Origin: Patescibacteria group bacterium
GTDB taxonomy: Bacteria; Patescibacteriota; Patescibacteriia; UBA9934
Direction: 5' to 3'
Length of the DNA stretch: 64,000 nucleotides
Assembly (NCBI GenBank): GCA_041666145.1
Contig: JBAYHK010000001.1
Coordinates: forward strand, 3,810-67,809
Shown here: one piece after another, positions 20,442-29,566 of the stretch
How positions within the stretch are numbered: position 1 is the first letter of the stretch
Layout of the letters: every line of letters starts with the position of its first letter
The notes under the pieces: generated by a model
Told to the model about the DNA's origin: nothing
Database searches by the model: none
What the model saw: only the letters and a program-made list of their open reading frames with translations
Made by a program: the position numbers and the translations under genes

Positions 20442-20876
20442 GTGACGAATAACCTTCTTCGACGCTTTCATCTCAGAAACGGAGTCGTCCTCCACGAGAC
20501 TGATAGCGAATCCATCGACGAAATATTAACAAGCGTCCTTACAGCCTTCCATCTTCGATCTGCAGATGATGCTAAGCCGTGTATCTTCGTAGAAGGAATA
20601 GATCCATACATCTTTCTTCTGCCTGACGATGAAGTCGCCTCCATCGCCGGAGAAAATTGTCAGATCTTCGCCTTCTTCGCCTCCGACGATTTGAGTGAGG
20701 ATCGGCTCGTGCTCTGGGAAGGAGAAGAAGGTGATCAGCAAAAATTCCTGGTGGTAGACGAGAACGGCCAGAACTGGCAGACCTTGCCGATCAGCGGCAA
20801 AAGAGTTCGGATGTTCAAAAGTCCAGAAGAGGCGCGAACGGCGCTTCAAGACGTCAATCAGAACATCGGGCTCTAG
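20442..20876 (+). CDS. Cassette-array protein, short form S1 (homologous to the central domain of L1-L5)
   Basis: 144 aa; IFAFFASDD...RLVLWEGEEGDQQKFLVVDENGQNWQTLPISGKRVRMFKSPEEARTALQDVNQNIG. Confidence 0.6.
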   Translation: MTNNLLRRFHLRNGVVLHETDSESIDEILTSVLTAFHLRSADDAKPCIFVEGIDPYIFLLPDDEVASIAGENCQIFAFFASDDLSEDRLVLWEGEEGDQQKFLVVDENGQNWQTLPISGKRVRMFKSPEEARTALQDVNQNIGL

Positions 20877-20967
20877 ACCGCCCCTTCACGGCGACGGCTC
20901 CCCACGCGGTGCCGTCGTTTTGCTTTTCAATAGACAAAACCTCTTATTCCTGCTATTCTTCTCTGTT

Positions 20968-21052
20968 CCATCTCCCTGCAATCCCTTGAAAATCTCGAGG
21001 CATTCCAGGGCAACGGCAGCAATGAAGCTGACGTTGGTTTGTTAGGAAAGAA
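20968..21052 (+). promoter_or_regulatory. Conserved cassette leader, type II, copy 5
   Basis: Near-identical to 18167-18252. Confidence 0.6.
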
Positions 21053-21913
21053 GTGATGAGAAGAAAAAGAATCATCATTCGAGATGGAAAACTTATCCCG
21101 CCAAAGAGATGGGGCAGTATGTCACAACTTTGTAGGGATACGAACGAAGTCATCTTCGTCGCGCACGACGACTTCGTAGACCCTTCCAGCCGATGCATAG
21201 TCATAAGCGGATATTGGAAACGATTCGTTCAGGTGCCGGAAAAGAATGAAATCCTTTATGTGCAAAATTGCACACCAGAAGGAACGAACAACCGCGAGTT
21301 CGTCAGCCTCGAAGTCGTTCTGTTCTGGGCCTTCGACGAAGCGAACAACAAAGACGTACTCGTGGCATGGAACGAACGAATCAGCACCTCGACCGTTTTG
21401 CGCTGGACCATTGTCTCCACCGAAAACTGGTCAATCATTCCTCTCGACGAACATGCGGTGCGTATGTTCAACAACGTGGAAGCGGCGGAAACAGCCTGCC
21501 CAAACAAAGAGCTCATTGTTCTGACGGACGAAAACATAAACGGATGGAAATCATTCCATGTTCATAGCCCGCTCGAAGGCCTTGATCGTCGGTGCGATGC
21601 AATCATGCGGTGTAGTTTTGTCGAAACATTCAGCATGCCTGGGCATACAGTGATTCCTGTAGTTTGGTGGGCGTCTGACCCGAGCCTCTCACCAGGCATC
21701 GACGTCGTATGCCCGAGCGTCAAGAACGAACTCCCGAGTCCGACGGAACAAACAAACGGCTGCTATCCCACGGTCTTGATGATCGGAGCCAGAAAGAAAT
21801 CACTCATCATCACGGTCGTGACATGGTCTAGAACAGGAAATTCAACGAGGATTTCCCTCTTCTGGAAAAAGTTCACGGGCGAAAGAGCCAAGGCGGTCAT
21901 GACGCGCAGCTAA
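21053..21913 (+). CDS. Cassette-array protein, long form L4
   Basis: 286 aa; VVLFWAFDEANNKDVLVAW...NWSIIPLDEHAVRMFNNVEAAETACP...GWKSFHVHSPL. Confidence 0.6.
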   Translation: MMRRKRIIIRDGKLIPPKRWGSMSQLCRDTNEVIFVAHDDFVDPSSRCIVISGYWKRFVQVPEKNEILYVQNCTPEGTNNREFVSLEVVLFWAFDEANNKDVLVAWNERISTSTVLRWTIVSTENWSIIPLDEHAVRMFNNVEAAETACPNKELIVLTDENINGWKSFHVHSPLEGLDRRCDAIMRCSFVETFSMPGHTVIPVVWWASDPSLSPGIDVVCPSVKNELPSPTEQTNGCYPTVLMIGARKKSLIITVVTWSRTGNSTRISLFWKKFTGERAKAVMTRS

Positions 21914-21985
21914 ACCTTCCCTCACGACGGCTCCCCACGCGGGTGCCGTCGTTTTGCTTTTGTTTGCAGGGTAAAAAACACGCGA

Positions 21986-22012
21986 AACTTCGTTAGTGAC
22001 TAACGTAGTTTG
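21986..22012. repeat. 27-bp palindrome family E, copy E2
   Basis: aaacttcgttagtgactaacgtagttt. Confidence 0.75.
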
Positions 22013-22077
22013 CGAGACGACTCGAAATGGACAGATTCGTAAATCTCTGCTACTTTTCTTCGTCATCAAGTCACAAA

Positions 22078-22141
22078 AACTCTCTGCGAGGCTTCGAGCC
22101 TATCGAAGTTTCACAGGGCAACGGCAGCAGGCAAGCTGGCG
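22078..22141 (+). promoter_or_regulatory. Conserved cassette leader, type I, copy 6
   Basis: Identical core to copy 4; SD aaggagaacatcATG. Confidence 0.6.
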
Positions 22142-22621
22142 TTGAAACGTACTTTTCACAAGGAGAACATCATGGCCGCCCATCACAGCTTTTTTCTCAA
22201 AGACAAAAGGCTCTGCTACGAAAGAGAAAGTGAGCCAGTTAGCGAGGTGCTCAGAAGGCTTTTAAGCTTCGGAGCCAAAAAAACATTCAGAGATGGAGCA
22301 TGCTTCTGCATTGACGTTAGCAGCTCATCTTCCTCATGCATCTTTTGTACGCCCGAAGATGAGATCGCCACGATCTCCACAGAGGATTCATGGATCTATA
22401 TCTTCTGGGCCTCTGATCCGGAAGGCAGGAATCGGCTCGTGCTCTGGGAAGAAATGGACAATGGGACAGGCTGTCCCGACGAGCAAAAACTACTGGTTGT
22501 GGATGAGGAAAGTGAAGATTGGCAGGCCCTGCCGATCAGCAAGAGGAAGGTCCGAATGTTCAAAAGTCCAGCCGAGGCACAAACGGCGTTTCAAGACGTC
22601 AATCGGAACATCGGGTCTTAG
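22142..22621 (+). CDS. Cassette-array protein, short form S2
   Basis: 159 aa; WIYIFWASDPEGRNRLVLWEEMDNG...LLVVDEESEDWQALPISKRKVRMFKSPAEAQTAFQDVNRNIG. Confidence 0.6.
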   Translation: MKRTFHKENIMAAHHSFFLKDKRLCYERESEPVSEVLRRLLSFGAKKTFRDGACFCIDVSSSSSSCIFCTPEDEIATISTEDSWIYIFWASDPEGRNRLVLWEEMDNGTGCPDEQKLLVVDEESEDWQALPISKRKVRMFKSPAEAQTAFQDVNRNIGS

Positions 22622-22729
22622 ACCGCCCCTTCACGACGACGGCTCCCCCACGCGGGTGCCGTCGTTTTGCTTTTCGAATGGACAAATCCTCTCATATCTG
22701 CTACTTTTCTTCGTCATCAAGTCACAAAA

Positions 22730-22823
22730 ACTCTCTGCGAGGCTTCGAGCCTATCGAAGTTTCACAGGGCAACGGCAGCAGGCAAGCTGGCGTTGAAACA
22801 TCCATTTTTTTCAAGGAGACATC
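22730..22823 (+). promoter_or_regulatory. Conserved cassette leader, type I, copy 7
   Basis: Identical core to copies 4 and 6. Confidence 0.6.
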
Positions 22824-23273
22824 ATGGGCGCTCATCGACGCTTTTATCTCAAAAACGGAGAGCTCTGCTATGGAAAAGAGGGGGAATCTGTCAGCGAGGC
22901 GCTCGAAAACCTTCCAAAATTCAGAGCCAAAGAAACACTCAGAGATGAAGCATGCGTCTGCATTGACGTCAGCAGATCACCTTCCTCATGCATCTTTCGT
23001 GTACCCGGAGACGAGATCGCCAAGATCTCCACAAAGGATTCGCTAATCTATGTCTTCTGGGCCTCAAATCCGGAAGGAAGGGATCGGCTCGTACTCTGGG
23101 AAGAGATGGACGACGGTATGAGCCTTCCCGACGAGCAGAAACTCCTGGTTGTAGATGAGGAAAGTGAAGCTTGGCAGGTTATGCCAATCAGCAACAGGAA
23201 GGTTCGGATGTTCGAAAGTTCGGTCAAGGCGCGAACGGCGCTTCAAAACATCAGCCAGGACATCAGATCCTAG
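22824..23273 (+). CDS. Cassette-array protein, short form S3
   Basis: 149 aa; ~70% identical to S2. Confidence 0.6.
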   Translation: MGAHRRFYLKNGELCYGKEGESVSEALENLPKFRAKETLRDEACVCIDVSRSPSSCIFRVPGDEIAKISTKDSLIYVFWASNPEGRDRLVLWEEMDDGMSLPDEQKLLVVDEESEAWQVMPISNRKVRMFESSVKARTALQNISQDIRS

Positions 23274-23367
23274 ACCGCCCCTTCACGACGACGGCTCCCC
23301 ACGCGGTGCCGTCGTTTTGCTTTTCAATAGACAAAACCTCATATTTCTGCTATTCTTCTCTGTTCCA

Positions 23368-23449
23368 TCTCCCTGCAATCCCTTGAAAATCTCGAGGCAT
23401 TCCAGGGCAACGGCAGCAATGAAGCTGGCGTTGGTTTGTTAGGAAAGAA
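23368..23449 (+). promoter_or_regulatory. Conserved cassette leader, type II, copy 8
   Basis: Near-identical to copies 2 and 5. Confidence 0.6.
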
Positions 23450-24346
23450 GTGATGAGAAGAAAAGTGACGAAAGAAGAAGAAAGAGCAGAAGTTACAATT
23501 CTAAACAGAGATCTCGTCCCGCCAAACGAATACGAGAGCATGACTGAAATGTTTTCCGACCAAAAGAGAATCACCTGGCTGTCGGATGAAACATCTACCG
23601 TGGATCCAGAGGAACCATGCGTGGTCATAGCTGAATACCACAGAAGGATCGTTCGACTGCCCGAAATCAACGAGAGAATTTGTGTACGGAACTGCACGCC
23701 CGGACCATCGGACTACAACGCAGTCGAAATCATGATCATCCTCTTCTGGGCTTTCGACGAGGTACGGAACGAAAACGTGCTCATCGCTTGGGACCACCAC
23801 TTGGATCAAGGCCTGAAAAAGAGGTCAGAAATTTTGCTCTGGACCATGGTCTCCGAAACCGAATGGAACACCACGCCACTCCATCAACACGCCGTGCACC
23901 GGTTCGAGAACATGAAAGCGGCTGAGAGGGAGTGCCCCGTTAAGAATAACGTCGTCCTGACTTCGGCAAAGAAAAAGGGATGGAAACTCCACATGGTTCA
24001 CAGCCCGTTCAAGAAAAAACTTGAGTGCCTCAGGATCGTGATGGATCACAGGTTCCTCTGTTCTGAATTCGGTATTCAAGAACATGTACCACTTCCAGGG
24101 ATAGAATGGGAAAGAAGCTTCGCTCAACAAGATTCTCTACTCAATCATGTCTCCCCTCACTTCATGGAAACGTGGGGAGACCAGTTCGATCCTCCTGATG
24201 TTCTCATGATCGGTATAACCATAGACGCTCCCGGCTTCGTCATTTTGGTCCTTCAGAGGTTGGATGGAAATATGCTCGCCATCTACTCGAGGTCACTGAG
24301 TTACGAAGAGGGAATCGAAGCTTTCCGCCGCAGCATCAAATCCTAA
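23450..24346 (+). CDS. Cassette-array protein, long form L5
   Basis: 298 aa; IILFWAFDEVRNENVLIAW...EWNTTPLHQHAVHRFENMKAAERECP...GWKLHMVHSPF. Confidence 0.6.
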   Translation: MMRRKVTKEEERAEVTILNRDLVPPNEYESMTEMFSDQKRITWLSDETSTVDPEEPCVVIAEYHRRIVRLPEINERICVRNCTPGPSDYNAVEIMIILFWAFDEVRNENVLIAWDHHLDQGLKKRSEILLWTMVSETEWNTTPLHQHAVHRFENMKAAERECPVKNNVVLTSAKKKGWKLHMVHSPFKKKLECLRIVMDHRFLCSEFGIQEHVPLPGIEWERSFAQQDSLLNHVSPHFMETWGDQFDPPDVLMIGITIDAPGFVILVLQRLDGNMLAIYSRSLSYEEGIEAFRRSIKS

Positions 24347-24441
24347 CCCCTTCCCTCACGACGGCTCCCCATGCGGGTGCCGTCGTTTTCGTTAGACGTT
24401 GAACTTTCCGCTTCGCCTAGGTACACTCACCCCTCCCCGGT

Positions 24442-25416
24442 ATGAACCCTATTCTTGCTCAAACCATTCTCGATTCCATGCTCCGTGCAGAGCACATTCT
24501 TCTCATGACCGATGAGCGAATTGATGGTGATACGTTAGGATCGACGCTCGGTCTTTTTCATGTTCTTTCAGACATCGGGAAACGTGTTGACGTCTTTTCT
24601 CCAAAACCAATTCCGAACAAATTTTCCTATCTCCCCGGCATCAAAGCTATCCGCGAAGACGACGCCATTCTTCAGCAATCATCTATCGACCTTGCCATTG
24701 TGTGCGACTGTTCTGACGGCGCATATCTTCCAGCATGCGTGAAAAAAATGTCGAACAAAGTATCCATGATTGTATTTGACCATCACCTGAAGAATCCGCG
24801 ATACGGCACGATCAACATTATTGAACCAACTGCAGCATCGACAGCGGACATTGTGTGGCGATTTCTTCAATCAGCAAATCTTCATATCTCTCCAAATGCG
24901 GCGCAATGTCTACTTACCGGCATCGTCACCGACACTCAAGTCTTCTTTTCGTCCAACACCACAAATGCAGCCATAGAAGCTGCTGCAGAACTCAGCATGT
25001 TGGGCGCAAATCTCCCCGCAATCGTTCAACATAATTTCATGAATAAAAGCACAGCCTCACTCAAGCTTTGGGGACTTGCCATGGAGCGACTGCGAAAAGA
25101 CGAAATATTCGGCGGCATTGCCACAGCACTTACGCAAAAAGATATTCAAAGTCATGGCGTTACCGCAGAAGACATTCAAGGAATCTCAAACTTTCTCAAC
25201 GCCGTTCTGAACGAAACGCACGACGTCATTGTGGTCTATCGCGAACAAGAAGATGGAACCATTAAAGGTAGCGCCAGAAGTCGCACAAAAAACGTTGCCG
25301 AAATTGCCGAACGTCTTTATAGCGGCGGCGGTCACAAACTTGCCGCAGGATTTACGTTAAAAGAGAAGACGATCGAAGTAACGGGAAGCAATTGGAGAAT
25401 TGTACAAAAAAGGTAG
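24442..25416 (+). CDS. nrnA: DHH-family phosphoesterase, NrnA-like oligoribonuclease/pAp phosphatase
   Basis: 324 aa; DHH motif (IVFDHHLKN), DHHA1 GGGH motif (YSGGGHKLAAG). Confidence 0.75.
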   Translation: MNPILAQTILDSMLRAEHILLMTDERIDGDTLGSTLGLFHVLSDIGKRVDVFSPKPIPNKFSYLPGIKAIREDDAILQQSSIDLAIVCDCSDGAYLPACVKKMSNKVSMIVFDHHLKNPRYGTINIIEPTAASTADIVWRFLQSANLHISPNAAQCLLTGIVTDTQVFFSSNTTNAAIEAAAELSMLGANLPAIVQHNFMNKSTASLKLWGLAMERLRKDEIFGGIATALTQKDIQSHGVTAEDIQGISNFLNAVLNETHDVIVVYREQEDGTIKGSARSRTKNVAEIAERLYSGGGHKLAAGFTLKEKTIEVTGSNWRIVQKR

Positions 25417-25495
25417 GAAAGAGAATCGTGGACCTTAAGCATTTTGCAACTTTTCAAAACTTTGCTACACTTTTCCGGCAATTCACAAGAAATCC

Positions 25496-25567
25496 GCGGG
25501 TATCGTATAGCGGTTATTATCTCAGTTTTCCAAACTGATGATAGGGGTTCGACTCCCCTTACCCGCT
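25496..25567 (+). tRNA. tRNA-Gly (anticodon TCC)
   Basis: Acceptor gcgggta/tacccgc, anticodon stem tcagt/actga with loop ttTCCaa, T-arm aggggttcgactcccct; CCA at 25568-25570. Confidence 0.75.
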
Positions 25568-25572
25568 CCAGA

Positions 25573-25694
25573 AAACACCGTAATTTTGTCTATTTTCGAC
25601 TCCGGTCTGCGAAAACTTCCTCACCGTACCGTGATGTACGCCTCGGAAGATTTTCTTGACCGTCATCGAAACTAGCCTAAAATTACGGTGTTTT
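25573..25694. repeat. ~120-bp nested palindromic element immediately 3-prime of tRNA-Gly
   Basis: 16-bp perfect inverted repeat aaaacaccgtaatttt (25573-25588) / aaaattacggtgtttt (25679-25694), with inner imperfect IR gaaaacttcc / ggaagattttc. Confidence 0.7.
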
Positions 25695-25748
25695 GTACTT
25701 GTTAAAAATCGTCTTCCAAATGAAGGCGATTTTTGTATTCCTTATTTC

Positions 25749-25818
25749 ACAAACAACAAACCCCGCGCCGAGAACGACAGCGTCCCCGGTGGGGCTTGTC
25801 GTCTCGCCACGGGGCAAG
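25749..25818. repeat. ~70-bp direct repeat DR-1 (hairpin-containing), 3-prime of the lipoprotein gene
   Basis: acaaacaacaaaccccgcgccgagaacgacagcgtccccggtggggcttgtcgtct...cacggggc; near-identical to 28264-28333. Confidence 0.85.
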
Positions 25819-25821
25819 GAG

Positions 25822-26418
25822 CTAGAATATCGGCGTGAAGCCCGGCCAGCGATTGAGCTCTGCGTGAGACTCATCGTTTTGTGCCATCGTGTCATCGTAG
25901 AGAACGATATCCTCACCGACAACACACAGACGAGCACCGCGCTTCACGAATGCCCCTTCGTAGCTCGCATCGGCATCGAGTGGAATGATGACCAGCGGCT
26001 TGCTGCTATCTGGGCACCCGTCGATCAACCCATCTGCGAGCGAGATGTGTTGATTGTCGTAGGCGCGGCCGAACCAGACGAACTCGGTAACGCTGCCCGT
26101 TCCGGGATAGAGCCGCTCCACGACTTCGGCGCCGTTCTTCGTGGCACTGATCTCGTGGACGCCTTCCATGTTGACGCAGAGAAGCTTGTCCACCCACGGA
26201 GTCTGCTCGCGGTAGCCGATTGCGTAGGAACTGAAACCGGCACTCAGGCAGTATCGGTCTGGATTCACGAAATCATGGAAATCCGGCAGCGATGCAGAAC
26301 TCGAAGCCGCGGTTACGCCTGTTGGTCCTGCCCACCAGTCATGTGAGCAGCCTACGAAGAAAAGAAGAAGGCCGATGAGGGCCGCGCATGTATGCTCCTT
26401 TTGTCTCTGTGAATGCAA
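25822..26418 (-). CDS. Hypothetical lipoprotein
   Basis: Signal peptide with lipobox LLFFVGC; no recognisable domain. Confidence 0.5.
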   Translation of the reverse strand: MHSQRQKEHTCAALIGLLLFFVGCSHDWWAGPTGVTAASSSASLPDFHDFVNPDRYCLSAGFSSYAIGYREQTPWVDKLLCVNMEGVHEISATKNGAEVVERLYPGTGSVTEFVWFGRAYDNQHISLADGLIDGCPDSSKPLVIIPLDADASYEGAFVKRGARLCVVGEDIVLYDDTMAQNDESHAELNRWPGFTPIF

Positions 26419-26550
26419 CGATCCTCGTTGCGGGCTTTGCTTTGGATGTCCTCAGCAACGCACCAGATTAACAAAAAAATCAGCCAAAGTCAATCAGTGG
26501 CCGACAAAATTTACCATCCATCACTTCCCGGAAGTGTTATCGCTTTCGTT

Positions 26551-27240
26551 TTATCTTAAAACGTACACTTGATAAATTGGCTTATCTTGGTGTTGAGATT
26601 TCAGATCTTTTCTCTCAACAATTTCTAGACCAACCTCTTTGCACATTTCCTCCATTTCTTCTGGAACAATCACATAATCATCAAACTCAATACATTCTCC
26701 ATTCACAAGCTTTACCTTGAGTCGATATGTGTCTCGTTCTCCCTTACGAATAGTCAGCGTTTCGGAATCGAGTTCGTTGCCAAATAAATCTGCATTTGTA
26801 TTGACCACATAAGCAACCCCGCTTTCACTCTTTATCTCTTTAATCTTTTTCAGGATTTTGAGTCTATCAGCAGGAGGAGCTGTTGTGAGAACGTTCACTA
26901 AAAGAATGGTGTTGAATTTCTGATCTGTTTCAAAAGTAATAAAATCTCTTTTTTGAAAATCAAAATTTTCGCTACTTTGTAAATCGCTATTCAAATCAAT
27001 ACCGAACACCCTATATCCTCTTTTCAACAAAAGATTCGAAAAATAACCTCTGCCACAACCAACGTCAAGAATTGGTTCTACAAAATCTCCCTGTTCGAAA
27101 TACGGTCGAAGAAGTTCGTCTTTAAAAACTGTAGGGACTTCATATTGGTCTAAAATCCCAGACCAATCTATTTGTCTTTCATGAGATTGATCTTTATTTT
27201 CATCATCGAGATTCATAAATTTTTTACCAAAAAAATACAT
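26551..27240 (-). CDS. Class I SAM-dependent methyltransferase (AT-rich gene)
   Basis: Motif I ILDVGCGRGYFS; markedly lower GC than neighbouring genes. Confidence 0.65.
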   Translation of the reverse strand: MYFFGKKFMNLDDENKDQSHERQIDWSGILDQYEVPTVFKDELLRPYFEQGDFVEPILDVGCGRGYFSNLLLKRGYRVFGIDLNSDLQSSENFDFQKRDFITFETDQKFNTILLVNVLTTAPPADRLKILKKIKEIKSESGVAYVVNTNADLFGNELDSETLTIRKGERDTYRLKVKLVNGECIEFDDYVIVPEEMEEMCKEVGLEIVERKDLKSQHQDKPIYQVYVLR

Positions 27241-27377
27241 TCATTCTAATTGATCTTTTTAAAAAAACGAAGTAATGCACCAAGAATGGCTTATCGAATC
27301 TCAAAAAAAGAAATGCCCGCCCGAGCCACAGGCACTCAAAGAGTGTTCCTTGGCTCGCGCGGGCGCGATCAGTTCCT

Positions 27378-28184
27378 CTACTTTTTGTCGAAGACGTAGA
27401 GACGGTGATGAACCGGGCTGAGAACCTGATCGCACTCCAACCGTTGCGACACGACTGGAGAAAGACCGAGCAGTCGCCACACCGTCTGTTCCCAGACAAC
27501 TGTAGACAGGAACCTACACGGCACCGGCGTTTTGTCTGCAGGGTTTTCCGAGTAGTGCATCACCCGGTTGTGAAACCAGTCCCACCAGCACATGTACAGG
27601 AACTCGGTCATATCGTCCGTGACAGACTCGATGATGATCACTCGCCGCGAAGCAACGCGGAATGAATCCGCAAGCAAAGCTTCAGGATCATTACTGTGAT
27701 GGTAGACGTGGAGAACAACGACGGTCTCCCAAGACATGTCGGGAAGATCAATCACGTTGTCTCTTACCTGAACAAACCTGAGGCCATCATCACGTCGCCA
27801 ATCGCGAACATCAGCGATACAAACCACGTAGCCGTCCCTGGCAATACACGCACCAATCTCTCCGCTCCCCCCGCCCAAGTCGAGCACCGACGATCCACGA
27901 ATATGCGAACGAATTTTTGAGTATGCGAGGTTTGCCCGCGCTTCCATGCCTGACGCAAGGTTCTCCATCCCCGGCAACGGCATCGTATGGCGCAAAGACT
28001 GCTCATACTTTCGAAGATCCTCAATGTCTCCGTCGAGCAAGAAGCTCTCGATGAAAAACTTCGCTTCTCCCTCGTTCCACCCCAGGCTCAGAAAAGCCTG
28101 CAAAACAGATTCGCGAATCATCCCCGCTACAACAGGATCATGCCTAGCAGCGTCCACCATTCTCTGAAGATTCGATTCTCTCAT
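27378..28184 (-). CDS. Class I SAM-dependent methyltransferase (GC-rich gene)
   Basis: Motif I VLDLGGGSGEIG; start set at MRESNLQ, which has a perfect SD aggagg 8 nt upstream. Confidence 0.65.
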   Translation of the reverse strand: MRESNLQRMVDAARHDPVVAGMIRESVLQAFLSLGWNEGEAKFFIESFLLDGDIEDLRKYEQSLRHTMPLPGMENLASGMEARANLAYSKIRSHIRGSSVLDLGGGSGEIGACIARDGYVVCIADVRDWRRDDGLRFVQVRDNVIDLPDMSWETVVVLHVYHHSNDPEALLADSFRVASRRVIIIESVTDDMTEFLYMCWWDWFHNRVMHYSENPADKTPVPCRFLSTVVWEQTVWRLLGLSPVVSQRLECDQVLSPVHHRLYVFDKK

Positions 28185-28263
28185 TTCACTATCCTCCTCT
28201 TGGAAATCCCAAAGCTCACAACGAACTCGCGGAACAAAGAAAAATAGCATTGAATGTTCCTGC

Positions 28264-28333
28264 TGTCCATAAACAAACAACAAACCCCGCGCCGAGAACG
28301 ACAGCGTCCCCGGTGGGGTTTGTCGTCTTGCAC
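28264..28333. repeat. ~70-bp direct repeat DR-2
   Basis: Near-identical to 25749-25818 (one or two mismatches). Confidence 0.85.
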
Positions 28334-28362
28334 GGGGCGAGTAACGTCATGACTGCCAGTCA

Positions 28363-28746
28363 TCACGACGCCGATGTTCGTGTCTGCCTGTGCAGACTGG
28401 TGAAAATTCTGTAAAAGACTGCGCCTGACAGCATGATCGGCACAGCAATGAGCGCCGTCATAACGCCCTCAATGACGCTGTCACTCGTTAGCACCGAGAA
28501 AGCGCCGGAGACCATAACGCCAATCATCGAAATCCGATTGACTGTCATGAGCCTCTTTGCCTTTGGCGACTGATGAGGATAATTGAGCCGAATACAGTGA
28601 CACACAGCACTCCAGAAAATGAGGTTGTAGATTGCTGCGAAGGCTATGCAAGCGAGCGCGGCGTAGAGCGGAGCCGGGAGAAGAAAGGGGACCACGCAAG
28701 ACCTCGGTGTCGAACAGTACGTCGAAGGCGGCTGCCAACAACACAA
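28363..28746 (-). CDS. Hypothetical membrane protein
   Basis: 127 aa with 3-4 hydrophobic helices. Confidence 0.4.
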   Translation of the reverse strand: MCCWQPPSTYCSTPRSCVVPFLLPAPLYAALACIAFAAIYNLIFWSAVCHCIRLNYPHQSPKAKRLMTVNRISMIGVMVSGAFSVLTSDSVIEGVMTALIAVPIMLSGAVFYRIFTSLHRQTRTSAS

Positions 28747-28856
28747 TAACCTAACAAAAAAAATCGACTCCTGTCAAAGAAATCGGCTTTACAAAACAAG
28801 CATTTTCGCATATCCTTTTCAGTCGCCTTCCACTAACCACTACACCTGGAGACACC

Positions 28857-29390
28857 ATGCGACGTTTGCTCCTTTCACTCATTTTCAGCATCACACTTTC
28901 CGCGTGCAGCAAAAACTGCAGCGATGGAATCGCAGAAACACCGATCGCATCGTCGAATCCTGGCGACTACGAAGTGGCGCTCTGCGTCCAGGGAAAAGCC
29001 CTTCCTGAAGAAGCGACCGCATATATCGTGACAACCGGAGAATCGCCTGCGGCGGATCGTCGAGATCTCCTTCGTCTGAAGGAAGTCTCCAGGCTCGAGA
29101 ACACCATCTGCGCGCTCATTCCTTCGCACGCTCTCGAAGAATCGTTGAGCGAATCCGTGAGAATCGGAATCGCGTTCCCAGACCCTTCGGCATCCGTGCT
29201 CAAGGGAGAGTCAATCTCCTTGCTGCTCCGAGACGAAAAAGGCAATGTTAGAGGTAAAGAGATCGGAACAGTGAATCAGCTCGCCATGTCCATCTCGTCG
29301 AGTGTGTCACTCGTGCCAATGAGAGAAGAGATGGTTCCTATCTACCGTCGTCCAGAAGGCTCATCGGCAATCATCGAGTCCAGCAAGTGA
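28857..29390 (+). CDS. Hypothetical lipoprotein
   Basis: Signal peptide with lipobox ITLSAC. Confidence 0.5.
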   Translation: MRRLLLSLIFSITLSACSKNCSDGIAETPIASSNPGDYEVALCVQGKALPEEATAYIVTTGESPAADRRDLLRLKEVSRLENTICALIPSHALEESLSESVRIGIAFPDPSASVLKGESISLLLRDEKGNVRGKEIGTVNQLAMSISSSVSLVPMREEMVPIYRRPEGSSAIIESSK

Positions 29391-29566
29391 AATCACGCTC
29401 TGTGCGCATCCTGAATCTACGGGGTGCGCACGCTTTCTTTTTACAAGACTTGGACAACGAAACTCACCAAGATTGTAATTTCTTAAGAAATTTGCTATAC
29501 TATTTTGTTACTTTTCCCGAGAAACTACACAATCACCAGCGCAGCGCATGCGCAAATGGAGGTACC

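Noticed and set aside
17195-24410. Cassette array as a classical integron
   Set aside because: There is no intI integrase or attI. The conserved 3-prime elements are simple intrinsic terminators rather than attC sites with R/L boxes, and the cassettes carry their own conserved 5-prime leaders.
17195-24410. Diversity-generating retroelement
   Set aside because: There is no reverse transcriptase or template/variable repeat pair with adenine-specific substitutions. Variation is spread over whole ORFs.
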